DNA of 64,000 nt from Bacteroidales bacterium (GCA_017962845.1 JAGCUN010000011.1:65192-129191), one strand, 5' to 3'. Counted from the first letter of the stretch, positions 26,351-36,536 are shown. Notes: generated by a model from the letters alone, not told the origin. A program made the numbers and translations.

Positions 26351-27139
26351 TTATGAATTACTTTCTTTATTATTTTGATTATCAATATTTTTATGAATAA
26401 AATCAATGCGCTTGGACAGCCAAATCACATTGCGGTTGTGCGGGTGCTTTTTCTTCAAATTCTCATATATTTTCTCTAAAAAATCAAGATCTTCCGCCTC
26501 ATCGAAGAAAGTACCCATCTGATATTTCTGGTAGAAAGCCGTAATGGTAGCCAGAGAAGCCGGATGGGTGGTGATGAAATGTGTAAGGTAATCCCGATGA
26601 TGCCCTTTGATGAGTGTATAAGCATTGTTGATGAGCATGTGCGAACTGTCATCATCGGTATATTCATACCACAGGGTGAGGTGCTCGGCCGAGTCGATGA
26701 AACGCGACAGCCGCTGGTCGAGTTCCCACATCAGCTGGGCATCTTCTCCGCCTTTTACCTTGTAGTTGCGACACAATGTGTCAGCATTGTTGAAGGTGAA
26801 GGTGAGCTGCTCGCCGCGTCGGGCAATCGTGGTGATGGTGTTCTGTCCGCCGAAACCGATACGGTAGAACTGCGGCTCCGCATTGTCGGGCTGATATTGG
26901 AGGCTGAATGCCCCATCTGTGACCGTGCTGTTGCTCAAACCGTCATATTCCACCCCACCCACGCCGGTAGTGTCCACCAACATCAAGTGAAGATACAGCG
27001 ATTTTCCCTCACTATTCTTCACAGTTCCCTTCATCACCACGCTATTCTGCGCATTCTCTCCTTCCTTCTTATCAGAAGAACACCCCCACGAAAATATCGC
27101 AAGTGTCAATAAAACAAGTAGTTGTATTCTTTTATTCAT
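26351..27139 (-). CDS. Hypothetical lipoprotein (DUF4369-like N-terminal beta domain, tentative)
   Basis: Lipobox LTLAIFSWGCSSD. It lies 28 nt upstream of the T9SS protein gene on the same strand. Confidence 0.5.
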   Translation of the reverse strand: MNKRIQLLVLLTLAIFSWGCSSDKKEGENAQNSVVMKGTVKNSEGKSLYLHLMLVDTTGVGGVEYDGLSNSTVTDGAFSLQYQPDNAEPQFYRIGFGGQNTITTIARRGEQLTFTFNNADTLCRNYKVKGGEDAQLMWELDQRLSRFIDSAEHLTLWYEYTDDDSSHMLINNAYTLIKGHHRDYLTHFITTHPASLATITAFYQKYQMGTFFDEAEDLDFLEKIYENLKKKHPHNRNVIWLSKRIDFIHKNIDNQNNKESNS

Positions 27140-27231
27140 ATTTCGGTAAGAACTGCAAAAATAAACATTCTTTTTGAGTTATCGCTTGACAGAAGTGCGT
27201 TTTTATTTTTAAAAAATCAAAAAAAATGCCG

Positions 27232-27239
27232 TACCTTTG
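27232..27239 (+). promoter_or_regulatory. Bacteroidota -7 promoter box (TAnnTTTG)
   Basis: TACCTTTG ends 26 nt before ATG 27266. Confidence 0.5.
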
Positions 27240-27265
27240 CACGCAAAATATCACGTACGGAAATC

Positions 27266-28435
27266 ATGGAATACAACTTCGACGAAATTATTCCCAGAAA
27301 AGGAAGTAACTGTTTGAAATACGACAAGATAGGCGACTTTTTTGGAAGCGAGGATATTCTTCCGATGTGGATTGCCGACATGGATTTCCGCACCCCCGAT
27401 TTCGTGCTGAATGCGCTGAAAGAGCGCCTCGAGCATCCCGTGATGGGCTATTTCTTCCACCCCGAGGCTTACTACCAAGCCATCGTGGCATGGATGCAGA
27501 AACGCCACCAGTGGAATATCTCCTCCAAGTGGATCTGCTTCTCGCCGGGTGTGGTCGCCGGTCTTTCTTTTTTAGTGCAGATTTTTACTGAAAAGAATGA
27601 TAAAGTTCTCATCCAAACGCCTGTCTATCCTCCTTTTTATGAGGTAGTTGAAAAGAATGGACGTGAAATCATCACCAATCCGCTCGTGGTCAACGGCAAC
27701 GTATATGAGATGGACCTTAACGATTTGGAGGAGAAACTGAAAAAACATCCCAAACTGATGATCATCAGCAACCCGCACAATCCGGTGGGTCGCTGCTGGA
27801 CTCCCGCCGAGCTGAAGCCCGTGGCAGAGTTGTGCCTCAAATACAACTGTCTGTTAATCAGCGACGAAATCCATTCCGACCTGATGATGACCGGCTATAA
27901 GCACACGCCGGTGGCCACCCTGTCGGAAGCCATCGCCCAGAACACCATCACCTGCATGGCGCCGAGCAAGACCTTCAACCTCGCGGCCATGTTCACCTCC
28001 GAAATCATCATCCCCAACCCCGAACTCCGCACCCGCTTCAAGAACTTCATGAACGACACGGTGCATATCTACGGCAATGTGTTTGGCAGCGTCGCCTCAC
28101 AAGCCGCCTACACCTACGGCGCCGACTGGCTCGACCAGCTGTGCCGCTACCTCACCGGCAATGTGGCCTACTGCCAGCAGTTTATCGCCGATAACCTCCC
28201 GCAACTCAGAACCTATCGCCATGAGGCCACCTACCTCCTGTGGGTCAACTTCAAAGGGTTAGGGCTCACCCACGAGCAGCTCTCCGAAAAGCTGATCAAG
28301 GAAGCCCGCCTCGGACTCAACGACGGCAAAGCCTTCGGCACCGCCGGCGACAACTTCATGCGCATCAACCTCGCCTGTCCCCGCAGCACCGTTGAAACCG
28401 CCATGCACCGCCTCGCCGAAACCTTCAACAAATAA
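27266..28435 (+). CDS. PLP-dependent C-S lyase (MalY/PatB-type cystathionine beta-lyase family)
   Basis: The N-terminus MEYNFDEIIPRKGSNCLKYD and the PLP-lysine motif APSKTFNLAA indicate the class I/II aminotransferase fold. Confidence 0.8.
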   Translation: MEYNFDEIIPRKGSNCLKYDKIGDFFGSEDILPMWIADMDFRTPDFVLNALKERLEHPVMGYFFHPEAYYQAIVAWMQKRHQWNISSKWICFSPGVVAGLSFLVQIFTEKNDKVLIQTPVYPPFYEVVEKNGREIITNPLVVNGNVYEMDLNDLEEKLKKHPKLMIISNPHNPVGRCWTPAELKPVAELCLKYNCLLISDEIHSDLMMTGYKHTPVATLSEAIAQNTITCMAPSKTFNLAAMFTSEIIIPNPELRTRFKNFMNDTVHIYGNVFGSVASQAAYTYGADWLDQLCRYLTGNVAYCQQFIADNLPQLRTYRHEATYLLWVNFKGLGLTHEQLSEKLIKEARLGLNDGKAFGTAGDNFMRINLACPRSTVETAMHRLAETFNK

Positions 28436-28456
28436 ACAAATCAACGCATCAACATA

Positions 28457-29743
28457 ATGAATCCTGAATTAACCGAAAAAGCACTGGACATTCTTCGTCA
28501 CCCTGCCGACAGCAAGCTCATCACCCACCTCAACTCCTGCGTACACTGCGGGTTGTGTGGCACCAGCTGTCTCTTCTACAAGTCTTTCGACGACCCGAAA
28601 TACATCCCTGGCAAGAAGGTGGACTTGGTGGCCTCTCTGTACCGCCGCTACTGCACCACCATGGGCAAGGTGGCCCCCAAGCTGACTCATGCCCGCGACC
28701 TCGACGATGAGATGATCGCCGAGATGGTGGACTCGCTCTACGGTGCCTGTACCATGTGCGGCCGCTGCGTGGCCCACTGCTCCATCGGCGTTGATATTCC
28801 TTTCGTGGTGCGCACCGGCCGTCGGATGCTCGCCACCATGGGCATGGTACCCCAGTCGCTGCAAGCCACCGTGGATGCCGCCGTGAACACCGGCAACAAC
28901 ATGGGCATTCCCGAAGACGAGTTTGTGGATACCATCCAGTGGATGGAAGAGGAGATGCAGGATGAAGAGGGCTTCGAAACTGCCGAAATCCCGCTCAACC
29001 AGCCCGACAAGGAGATGCTCTACACCCTCAACCCCCGCGAACCCAAGTTCTTCCCGCTCTCCATCTCCGCCGCCGCCAAGATTTTCCATGCCGCCGGCGA
29101 AAGCTGGACCCTCTCCACCAAAATGTACGATGTGACCAACTACGGATACTTCTCCGGCAACGACGCAGAAGCCACCCTTATCGCTCAACATATGTATGAT
29201 GAGGTCAAGAACCTGAACTGTAAGAAGTTGATTCTCGGCGAGTGCGGTCACGGTTCGCGCGCCCTCCGCTGGGAATCGCCCAACTATATGAAACAACACC
29301 CCGACTTTCAGATGATTACCCTCGTGGAACTCATCGAGCAGTATATCCGTTCGGGGCGCATCAAACTCGACAAGTCGCTGAATACCAAGAAATACACGCT
29401 CCACGACCCCTGCAACATCACCCGCAACGGCGGACTGTTCAACACCCTGCGTTTCGTGGTGAAGAGCGCCGTGCCCGAACTGATTGAGATGGATCCGTAC
29501 GGCAACGAGAACTTCTGCTGCGGCGGTGGCGGCGGCATGCTTGCCATGAGCGAGTTCAACGAGCGCCGTCTCAAAATCGGCGAAATCAAGGCCAACCAGA
29601 TTCGCAAAACTGGTGCCGACGTGGTCATCACCCCCTGCCACAACTGCGTCGATCAGCTCATGCAAATCGACCACCACTACAAACTCGGCGTTGAAATCAA
29701 GTCGGTGGCCGAAGTGGTGGCTGATGCCCTTGTGATGCAATAA
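28457..29743 (+). CDS. (Fe-S)-binding oxidoreductase with CCG domains (HdrD/GlcF-like)
   Basis: Two CxxCxxCxxxC ferredoxin motifs (CVHCGLCGTSC, CTMCGRCVAHC) and two Cys-rich CCG-type motifs (HDPCN.., CCGGGGG, TPCHNC). Confidence 0.8.
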   Translation: MNPELTEKALDILRHPADSKLITHLNSCVHCGLCGTSCLFYKSFDDPKYIPGKKVDLVASLYRRYCTTMGKVAPKLTHARDLDDEMIAEMVDSLYGACTMCGRCVAHCSIGVDIPFVVRTGRRMLATMGMVPQSLQATVDAAVNTGNNMGIPEDEFVDTIQWMEEEMQDEEGFETAEIPLNQPDKEMLYTLNPREPKFFPLSISAAAKIFHAAGESWTLSTKMYDVTNYGYFSGNDAEATLIAQHMYDEVKNLNCKKLILGECGHGSRALRWESPNYMKQHPDFQMITLVELIEQYIRSGRIKLDKSLNTKKYTLHDPCNITRNGGLFNTLRFVVKSAVPELIEMDPYGNENFCCGGGGGMLAMSEFNERRLKIGEIKANQIRKTGADVVITPCHNCVDQLMQIDHHYKLGVEIKSVAEVVADALVMQ

Positions 29744-29773
29744 TCCCTTTGTTTTACCATAAAATATACGTAT

Positions 29774-31039
29774 ATGAAAGACATTTTTGAAAGAATCAAA
29801 CAGTCCACCGGCGGCCCGATCGGCCAGTATCGCAAAACCAGCGAAGGCTACTTCATCTTCCCCAAGTTGGAAGGCGAACTCGGTCCCCACATGCGCTTCA
29901 GAGGCAAAGAGGTACTTTGCTGGAGCTTGAACAACTACCTCGGCCTGGCCAACCACCCCGAGGTTCGCAAAGCCGACGCGGAAGGCGCCGCCCAGTGGGG
30001 TATGGCCTACCCGATGGGAAGCCGTATGCTCACCGGCCACACCGCCCTCCACGAACAACTGGAACGCGAACTGGCTGATTTTGAGAAAAAAGAGGCTGCC
30101 TTCGAATTCAACTTCGGCTATCAGGGCATCTTCTCCACCATCGACTCGCTCGTCGCCCGCCACGATGTCATCGTTTACGACGCTGAAGCCCACGCCTGCC
30201 TCCTCGACGGTATGCGCCTCCACATCGGCACCCGCGTCAAATTCAAACACAACGACATCGTAGATTGCGAAAAAGTGCTGGCCAAGGCCTGCGAACAGGC
30301 TGAACGTCAGGGCGGTGGCGTGCTGCTCATCACCGAAGGCGTGTTCGGCATGACCGGCGCTCTCGGCATCCTTGACCAGATCGCAGCTCTCAAGAAGAAA
30401 TACAACTTCCGCATCCTCATCGACGACGCCCACGGTTTCGGCGTGATGGGCCCCCATGGCCGCGGCACCTCCGAACATTTCGGCGTGATGGACGACATCG
30501 ACATCTACATCGGCGCCTACGCCAAGTCGATGGCCACCATCGGCGGTTTCGTCGCCACCGAAAAACCGATTATCGACTTCCTCAAATACAACATGCGCTC
30601 GCAGATGTACGCCAAGGCACTCCCGATGCCGATCGTGGTGGGCTGCCTCAAGCGTTTGGAAATCATCCGCAGTGCCGAAGGCGACGCCCTCCGTGCCAAA
30701 CTGTGGGAGGTGACCCGCCGCCTGCAGAAGGGCTTCCGCGACCTCGGCTACGAAATCGGACCCGCCGAAGCCTGCGTCACGCCCGTCATCCTCAAGTGCG
30801 GCATCAACCAAGCCGCCAACATCGCCGTTGACCTCCGCGAAAACTACAACATCTTCTGCTCCATCGTCACCTACCCCGTCATTCCTCCCGGAATGCTCAT
30901 CTTTCTCATCATCCCCACTGCCGCCCACTCCATCGAAGATGTGGACCGCACCCTCGAGGCCTTCCGCGACATCAAAGCCCGCCTCGCCAAAGGCGACTAC
31001 GACAAGGAAATCCCCGACATGGCGTCGATTAACAAGTAA
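29774..31039 (+). CDS. Alpha-oxoamine synthase family PLP enzyme (BioF/Kbl/Spt-like acyl-CoA:amino acid C-acyltransferase)
   Basis: NNYLGLANHPEV, DDAHGFGVMG and the PLP-lysine region AYAKSMATIGG. The substrate cannot be assigned by eye. Confidence 0.8.
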   Translation: MKDIFERIKQSTGGPIGQYRKTSEGYFIFPKLEGELGPHMRFRGKEVLCWSLNNYLGLANHPEVRKADAEGAAQWGMAYPMGSRMLTGHTALHEQLERELADFEKKEAAFEFNFGYQGIFSTIDSLVARHDVIVYDAEAHACLLDGMRLHIGTRVKFKHNDIVDCEKVLAKACEQAERQGGGVLLITEGVFGMTGALGILDQIAALKKKYNFRILIDDAHGFGVMGPHGRGTSEHFGVMDDIDIYIGAYAKSMATIGGFVATEKPIIDFLKYNMRSQMYAKALPMPIVVGCLKRLEIIRSAEGDALRAKLWEVTRRLQKGFRDLGYEIGPAEACVTPVILKCGINQAANIAVDLRENYNIFCSIVTYPVIPPGMLIFLIIPTAAHSIEDVDRTLEAFRDIKARLAKGDYDKEIPDMASINK

Positions 31040-31055
31040 TGCCTGTCACTGGACA

Positions 31056-31089
31056 CAAAAAAAGCGTGGGTTTTCCCACGCTTTTTTTA
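31056..31089. terminator. Bidirectional rho-independent terminator
   Basis: AAAAAAGCGTGGG-TTTT-CCCACGCTTTTTTT between convergent genes. Confidence 0.85.
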
Positions 31090-31105
31090 TTGATGCCACT
31101 ACTGT

Positions 31106-32302
31106 TTATTTCGTGGCCTCGATGGCTTGCTTGATCAACTGGAAGGTTCTCTCAGCATCGTTGTCCAAACCGACCGAGAAACGGATGAGGCCTTCGCTCA
31201 TGCCCATCTCTTTCTGAATATCTTCTGGAACTTCGGATGAGGTGGACTTGCCAGAGTTGCTGAACAAAGTCTTGAAGTAGCCGAGGCTCACTGCGAGGTA
31301 GCCCACGCCCAGACGCTGCATCTCTTCCATGATGGCGCTGGCTCTCTCAGCCGTACCCATATCGATGGAGATCATACCGCCAAAGCCGTATTCCTCGTTC
31401 ATCATGGATTTGAACAGCTCGTGATCCACATGCTCGGGAAGACCGGGATAGTTGTATTTGATACCGGTTTCTTTGAATCTCTTGGCCAGATACATAGCAT
31501 TCTCGCTGTGTTTTTTCATGCGGATGTGCAAGGTGTGCAGGTTCTTCTGTATGCTGGATGAACGCATCGGATCAAGCACGGGACCCAGCAACATGGCGGT
31601 ACCGTCGTTCACATTGATGAGCGAGTTGATGTAGTCGGCCGTACCACAGATGGCACCTGCTACACAGTCGTTCATACCATTCACATATTTGGTCATACTG
31701 TAAATCACCACGTCGGCACCCAAGCGGTAGGGTGAGAAAATCATCGGAGTGAAGGTGTTGTCAACCAACAGCTTGGCACCAGCAGCATGAGCAATCTTTG
31801 AGAGCTCGGGAATGTTGGCGATGCGGAGCAACGGGTTGTTCATGGTCTCCGTATAGATCACCTTGGTGTTGGGTTTGACAGCCTTTTTCACGGCATCCAG
31901 ATCTTGCATATTGACAAAATCCACCTCCACACCAAATTTCTTGATGTAGTTGTTCAAGAAAGCGAAAGTACCGCCGTAGGTGGTCATGCTGGAGAGGATG
32001 TGGTCGCCAGCCTTCACTTCGTGCAGCAACGCAACGGTAATGGCGGCCATGCCGGAACCAGTAGCCCATGCCATCTCGGTGCCTTCCATTGCGGCCAATG
32101 CGCGGCAAAGTGCAAAGGTGCTGGGATTCCAGTGACGGGAATAAAGATAGTAACCTTCCGTCTCACCATGGAAAGTGTCGGTCATGGTTTTGGCCTGTTC
32201 GAACATAAAGGTTGCGCTGTCGCAAATCGCCGGGTTCACACCACGGTTCAGGTCTTTTTGATCAATAGCTTGAATTTGGGTTGCAGGATCAAAGTTTTTC
32301 AT
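31106..32302 (-). CDS. Cys/Met-metabolism PLP enzyme (methionine gamma-lyase / O-acetylhomoserine sulfhydrylase family)
   Basis: The PLP-lysine motif SMTKYVNGMNDCVAG and the 398-aa length fit the trans-sulfuration enzyme family. Confidence 0.8.
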   Translation of the reverse strand: MKNFDPATQIQAIDQKDLNRGVNPAICDSATFMFEQAKTMTDTFHGETEGYYLYSRHWNPSTFALCRALAAMEGTEMAWATGSGMAAITVALLHEVKAGDHILSSMTTYGGTFAFLNNYIKKFGVEVDFVNMQDLDAVKKAVKPNTKVIYTETMNNPLLRIANIPELSKIAHAAGAKLLVDNTFTPMIFSPYRLGADVVIYSMTKYVNGMNDCVAGAICGTADYINSLINVNDGTAMLLGPVLDPMRSSSIQKNLHTLHIRMKKHSENAMYLAKRFKETGIKYNYPGLPEHVDHELFKSMMNEEYGFGGMISIDMGTAERASAIMEEMQRLGVGYLAVSLGYFKTLFSNSGKSTSSEVPEDIQKEMGMSEGLIRFSVGLDNDAERTFQLIKQAIEATK

Positions 32303-32368
32303 CTGATGATATTTTTAATGTTGATAATATTTTGATGATAGCAAAATCAGGATTTGCCATTGGCGGTG

Positions 32369-32376
32369 CAAAGATA
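32369..32376 (-). promoter_or_regulatory. Bacteroidota -7 promoter box (TAnnTTTG)
   Basis: The minus strand reads TATCTTTG, about 67 nt upstream of ATG 32302. Confidence 0.45.
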
Positions 32377-32430
32377 CAATATTATTTGTTTGGTCGCGAA
32401 AAAAATTTCACTTCTTTTCCCAACTTCAAC

Positions 32431-34269
32431 TTAAGCGTATGCGTGAAGACCGCCCAGCCAAAAATTCACTCCAAAATAGGTCATCAACAGACCCAAAAAT
32501 GCGGCTATCATATATATATGGTAAAAAAGTGGCCGTTGAAAACGGAGGAAAAGGCGCGTCTGAAGCGCCGGCGCATAAAGCATCAGCGTCACCAACGCCC
32601 ACACCTCCTTCGGGTCCCAGTTCCAATAGTTCCCCCACGCCGTGTCGCCCCATATCGAGCCGGTCATAATGCCCAGAACCAACAATCCGATTCCAGGCCA
32701 TAACAGCAGGCGCGAAAAGGCGGTCAGTTTTTCTTCAATTTCTAAAGAAAATTTATTTAGAATTTTGATAATCAATAAAATGATAGGAACAATAAAAGTA
32801 AATGCCAACAGGGCGTACGACACCATCATCAACAGCACATGGATACTGAGCCAGGGCGAATCCAAAACAGGAGGCAACAGGCTGATTTTCGGACTGTTGA
32901 ACGACATTCCCATCACCACAAAAACCATCATTGAAAGAAAAAGTCCACCTATTGGAAGCAATGGATTCTTTTTCCATAAAATATTAGTAATCAATAAAAT
33001 AATGATAGATAAAAACAGTAATGTGTCGTAGCTGCTGCTGAGGGGAATGTGTCCGCACAAGGTCCAACGCCAAATCCAATGGATGATGGCCATCAAGAGG
33101 AGGATGAAAGCTAATATTCTGAAACTCAAATCCATCATCCTTGCCTCTTTTCCACTAAAAAAAAGATGACGAAATGCCAAAAGGAGAAGAACGATCAGGC
33201 AGGGCAGCCAGTGACTTAACCATTTTTTGGCATGGTGATAGCACACTTCGCTTTGGATGGCACGAGGCCGTTGAATCTGTGCCCGCTGTTTCTCCTTCAA
33301 TTGTTTTACTAAGACAATATTTTGAGAAGAATGATTATTTAATGTATTGATATATAATATTTTGAAAAAATGATGGATAAAAACTGTTTCTTCTGATGGC
33401 AGGGAAGAAAGATCATCGGCAGCGGAAATCCATCGATGCTGCGTGGGAAAGATCTTGAAAGCCAATCCCGACCGCAGGTATTGCAACTGCCGCAGCTTCA
33501 GCACTACTTTTTGAAGATTTTTATCATCTTGAATATCAATATTTTCTATATCTGAAGAATGGCCTGTTCCTAACAATTGCAAAGGGCTGGCATATTTCCC
33601 GCAATGCAGTTTTTGTCGGGTGACTCTGCCAGAAATTTTCACAATCGGCTCCGAAATCCACTCTTCGGGAAACAGTACCCACCCCATCACCACCTCCACA
33701 CTACTGAAATCCCCATACTTGGTATCTCCATAAATATCAAACAGATAATCATCACACAAGGCCACTAATGGGGCTTCCCTACCCTCATATTCCACCACCA
33801 CATCCTCCATCTCACGAGCGACTTCTCGGCTGATGGTTTTCTGCGCCGACATTTCTATTGGAAAGAGGAGAATGGGCAGCGCCATTATCGACAATTTCTT
33901 CAGCAGAGCCCGAAACTCACCCTCCTTTTTAGCCATCAATAGAATATAAAACACAGCAAACCAGGCATATCCGACAAACACAATCGCTTTTCCCCAAGTC
34001 TGCCATAAGGAAACAAAACTTCCCACCAGCAGAAAAAGCGGAGTGAGGTGAAGGCATTTCACGACTTTATTTTGGGAGGATAAAAATGAAAGAAGAGTGC
34101 CCAAAACCACGAACAGACTCAGTGCAGTCCAAAAGACCCAATGCCCGTAAAAATGCTGATGGATAAAGGCTTTTCCCCACATCTGCTCCACAAAAGTGGC
34201 CCCAGCCAGCGCAGCGGCGGTCAGGTACCAGCAGATTTTGAAGAGGATAGTGGTCAATTGACGTAACAT
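32431..34269 (-). CDS. ccsA: Cytochrome c biogenesis protein, fused CcsB/CcsA (system II haem handling)
   Basis: C-terminal Trp-rich WWD-type motif WGDTAWGNYWNWDPKEVWALV. Many TM segments. AT-richer than the flanks. Confidence 0.75.
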   Translation of the reverse strand: MLRQLTTILFKICWYLTAAALAGATFVEQMWGKAFIHQHFYGHWVFWTALSLFVVLGTLLSFLSSQNKVVKCLHLTPLFLLVGSFVSLWQTWGKAIVFVGYAWFAVFYILLMAKKEGEFRALLKKLSIMALPILLFPIEMSAQKTISREVAREMEDVVVEYEGREAPLVALCDDYLFDIYGDTKYGDFSSVEVVMGWVLFPEEWISEPIVKISGRVTRQKLHCGKYASPLQLLGTGHSSDIENIDIQDDKNLQKVVLKLRQLQYLRSGLAFKIFPTQHRWISAADDLSSLPSEETVFIHHFFKILYINTLNNHSSQNIVLVKQLKEKQRAQIQRPRAIQSEVCYHHAKKWLSHWLPCLIVLLLLAFRHLFFSGKEARMMDLSFRILAFILLLMAIIHWIWRWTLCGHIPLSSSYDTLLFLSIIILLITNILWKKNPLLPIGGLFLSMMVFVVMGMSFNSPKISLLPPVLDSPWLSIHVLLMMVSYALLAFTFIVPIILLIIKILNKFSLEIEEKLTAFSRLLLWPGIGLLVLGIMTGSIWGDTAWGNYWNWDPKEVWALVTLMLYAPALQTRLFLRFQRPLFYHIYMIAAFLGLLMTYFGVNFWLGGLHAYA

Positions 34270-34301
34270 AAGTCTCGAAACATTTTAGGGAATCCGCACC
34301 G

Positions 34302-36398
34302 CTACCACCTCCACTCTATCTTTTTCGCCTCGGGGTCGGCACTGTTGAAGCCCACCTCCAACACGAAGCGCGTGCCGGCGGGCGGCTCCACCATCTCCTG
34401 CCGCTCCTCGTCGAACACCTGCAGCCAGAAGGGATCTATCGGGATTTGGAACTCGTCGGTTTCGCCCTCAAACAGTCCGATTTTTTGAAAGGCCACCAAC
34501 GACTTCTTCGGACTTCCTGCCCTATCCGGGGTGGATAAATAGACTTGTACTACGGTAGTGTTTAGGATACCAATATCGCCCTTCATCCAATTATCTATCA
34601 AAGATTTTTTATCTTTTACATTGGCTGTAACAGTTAAAGTACTGCGATCGAAGGAGACATCGGTAAGGGAAAATTCTGAATAGGAAAGTCCGTAGCCAAA
34701 GGGATACATCGGTTCCTCCTCCATGTAGCGATAGGTGCGTCCACGCATGTCGTAACTCTCGAAGTCGGGCAGTTGTTGGGTGGAGCGGTAAAAAGTAACT
34801 GGCAATCTGCCGAAATCATCATCATGTCCATTCAACGCCAAGGAGATAGCCGATCCCATCTCCTGACCGCCGTACCAGCATACCATAATGGCATCCACCA
34901 ACGGCTCCACCTCCTCCAAGGCGATGGCACTGCCCGTACAGAGCAACAGCACAATCGGTTTGCCAGTCGCTTTCAGTCTCTTCAGCTCTTGTATCTGATT
35001 TTCAGGAAGTTCTATCCAAGTACGGTCACCTTTGTAGAAGCCGGGGGTGTCCACGGGCAGCTCTTCACCCTCCAACTGCGGGTTGAGACCGCCAGCATAC
35101 ACGATGACATCCGCAGCTTTGAGCGTGGTGAGACGATTGTCTTTTCGCAGCCCCTCCTCAATGGTGACGGTATGTTCGGGTATGCCGTTGTAGTTGCCGA
35201 GCGGCATCAGCGAATCGGCAGCGTTGGGACCTGTGAGGAAGATACAAGTGGATTTGTTTTGTAGTGGGAGCACGCCATCGTTTTTCAGTAGCACTAAGGA
35301 AGAGGAGGCCGCCACGATGGGCCATGTGGATGAGGAGCGGAAGGGTCTCTTTTCTTCGCTGATGCGCAATCGGCAGGTGAGGATGCGGCGCACATGCTCA
35401 TCGATTTGGCTTTCAGAGATCCAGCCGGAATCCACGGCGGCGCGGAGGGCGGGGAGGCCGCTGCCGCATTCCAAATCCACCTCGCTACCGAAAGCGTCGG
35501 CAGCGGCGTGGGCGGCCGTGGCATGGGTTTCATGACGGGGTGTTTTGGGGTCGCGCTCCCAGCAGTCGTTTAACGCCCAGCAGTCGGTGACCAACAGCCC
35601 GTTGTAGTGCCATTTGTTTCGTAAGATATTTACTAACAATTCTTTATTGGTACAGCATGGCTCACCGTTCAGACGGTTGTAGGCGCACATTACCTGCTGC
35701 ACATCGCTATTCTTGATGATGTACTCGAAGGCAGGGAGGTAGGTGGTCCAGAGGTCGCGGGGCGAGACGGTGGCATCAAACTGGTGCCTTGTACCCTCCG
35801 GACCACTATGCACAGCGAGGTGCTTGAGGCAGGCAGCAGTGTAAAGGGGCAGCGTATCAACCCGTTCCGCACGGTAGCCGTAGGCGGCGTGTTGCAGGCC
35901 GTTGACGCAGGCCAGGCCCATCTGTGCGGTGAGGAACGGGTCTTCGCCGTAGGTTTCCATGCCGCGGCCCCAGCGCGGGTCACGGAAAATGTTGATATTA
36001 GGGGTGAAGAAGGTGAGACCGGCATAGTCGCCGTAATTGCCGGCGGCTTGTGCCTTACGGTATTTGACTCGAGCATCCATTGAGATGTCATCGAAAACAC
36101 GCCTTACCAACTCGGGATTGAAGGTGGCAGCGAGGGCGATGGGCATCGGCCATACGGTAGCCAGACCATTGCGTCCCACCCCGTGCAGCGCCTCGTTCCA
36201 CCAGCTGTACTCTTGCAGCCCGAGCCGCTCAATGGCGGGGTTGTGGTGCTCCATCAGCGAAAGTTTCTCATCCAAAGTAAGTTGCGAGATGATATACTCC
36301 ACCCTTTCGGGAATGGGTAGCGTGTCGGCATTCTGCGCACACACCGTTCCAATCCCACCATATATAATTATTGCAAGAAGCAGAATGAATTTTTTCAT
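34302..36398 (-). CDS. Glycoside hydrolase family 3 (beta-glucosidase/beta-xylosidase-like)
   Basis: SWWNEALHGV, KHLAVHSGPE and the nucleophile region GLLVTDCWAL. The signal peptide MKKFILLLAIIIYGG starts at ATG 36398. Confidence 0.85.
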   Translation of the reverse strand: MKKFILLLAIIIYGGIGTVCAQNADTLPIPERVEYIISQLTLDEKLSLMEHHNPAIERLGLQEYSWWNEALHGVGRNGLATVWPMPIALAATFNPELVRRVFDDISMDARVKYRKAQAAGNYGDYAGLTFFTPNINIFRDPRWGRGMETYGEDPFLTAQMGLACVNGLQHAAYGYRAERVDTLPLYTAACLKHLAVHSGPEGTRHQFDATVSPRDLWTTYLPAFEYIIKNSDVQQVMCAYNRLNGEPCCTNKELLVNILRNKWHYNGLLVTDCWALNDCWERDPKTPRHETHATAAHAAADAFGSEVDLECGSGLPALRAAVDSGWISESQIDEHVRRILTCRLRISEEKRPFRSSSTWPIVAASSSLVLLKNDGVLPLQNKSTCIFLTGPNAADSLMPLGNYNGIPEHTVTIEEGLRKDNRLTTLKAADVIVYAGGLNPQLEGEELPVDTPGFYKGDRTWIELPENQIQELKRLKATGKPIVLLLCTGSAIALEEVEPLVDAIMVCWYGGQEMGSAISLALNGHDDDFGRLPVTFYRSTQQLPDFESYDMRGRTYRYMEEEPMYPFGYGLSYSEFSLTDVSFDRSTLTVTANVKDKKSLIDNWMKGDIGILNTTVVQVYLSTPDRAGSPKKSLVAFQKIGLFEGETDEFQIPIDPFWLQVFDEERQEMVEPPAGTRFVLEVGFNSADPEAKKIEWRW

Positions 36399-36492
36399 GG
36401 TGCAAAAGTAAGACTTTTTTCGATTTCTTACACATAATGTTAACAAATGTTAAATATTTTAAAAACACTTGAAAATGACTTGCCCGCCATAG

Positions 36493-36500
36493 TACCTTTG
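36493..36500 (+). promoter_or_regulatory. Bacteroidota -7 promoter box (TAnnTTTG)
   Basis: TACCTTTG ends 36 nt before ATG 36537. Confidence 0.5.
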
Positions 36501-36536
36501 CAGCGTTCAAATTTTACTCACCAAACTTCTAAAGCT

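Noticed and set aside
28469-30928. An 819-aa ORF on the minus strand spans two plus-strand genes and their spacer.
   Set aside because: It is antisense to two genes that have clear catalytic motifs. Its product is low-complexity G/D/A/V/E-rich sequence. Strong G/C preference at third codon positions on the sense strand makes TTA, CTA and TCA rare, which removes stops from the antisense frame. It is a shadow ORF.
36403-36410. A TACTTTTG box on the minus strand might be the promoter of the GH3 gene.
   Set aside because: It ends only about 5 nt from the ATG at 36398, which would imply a leaderless transcript. That is possible but not supportable from sequence alone.
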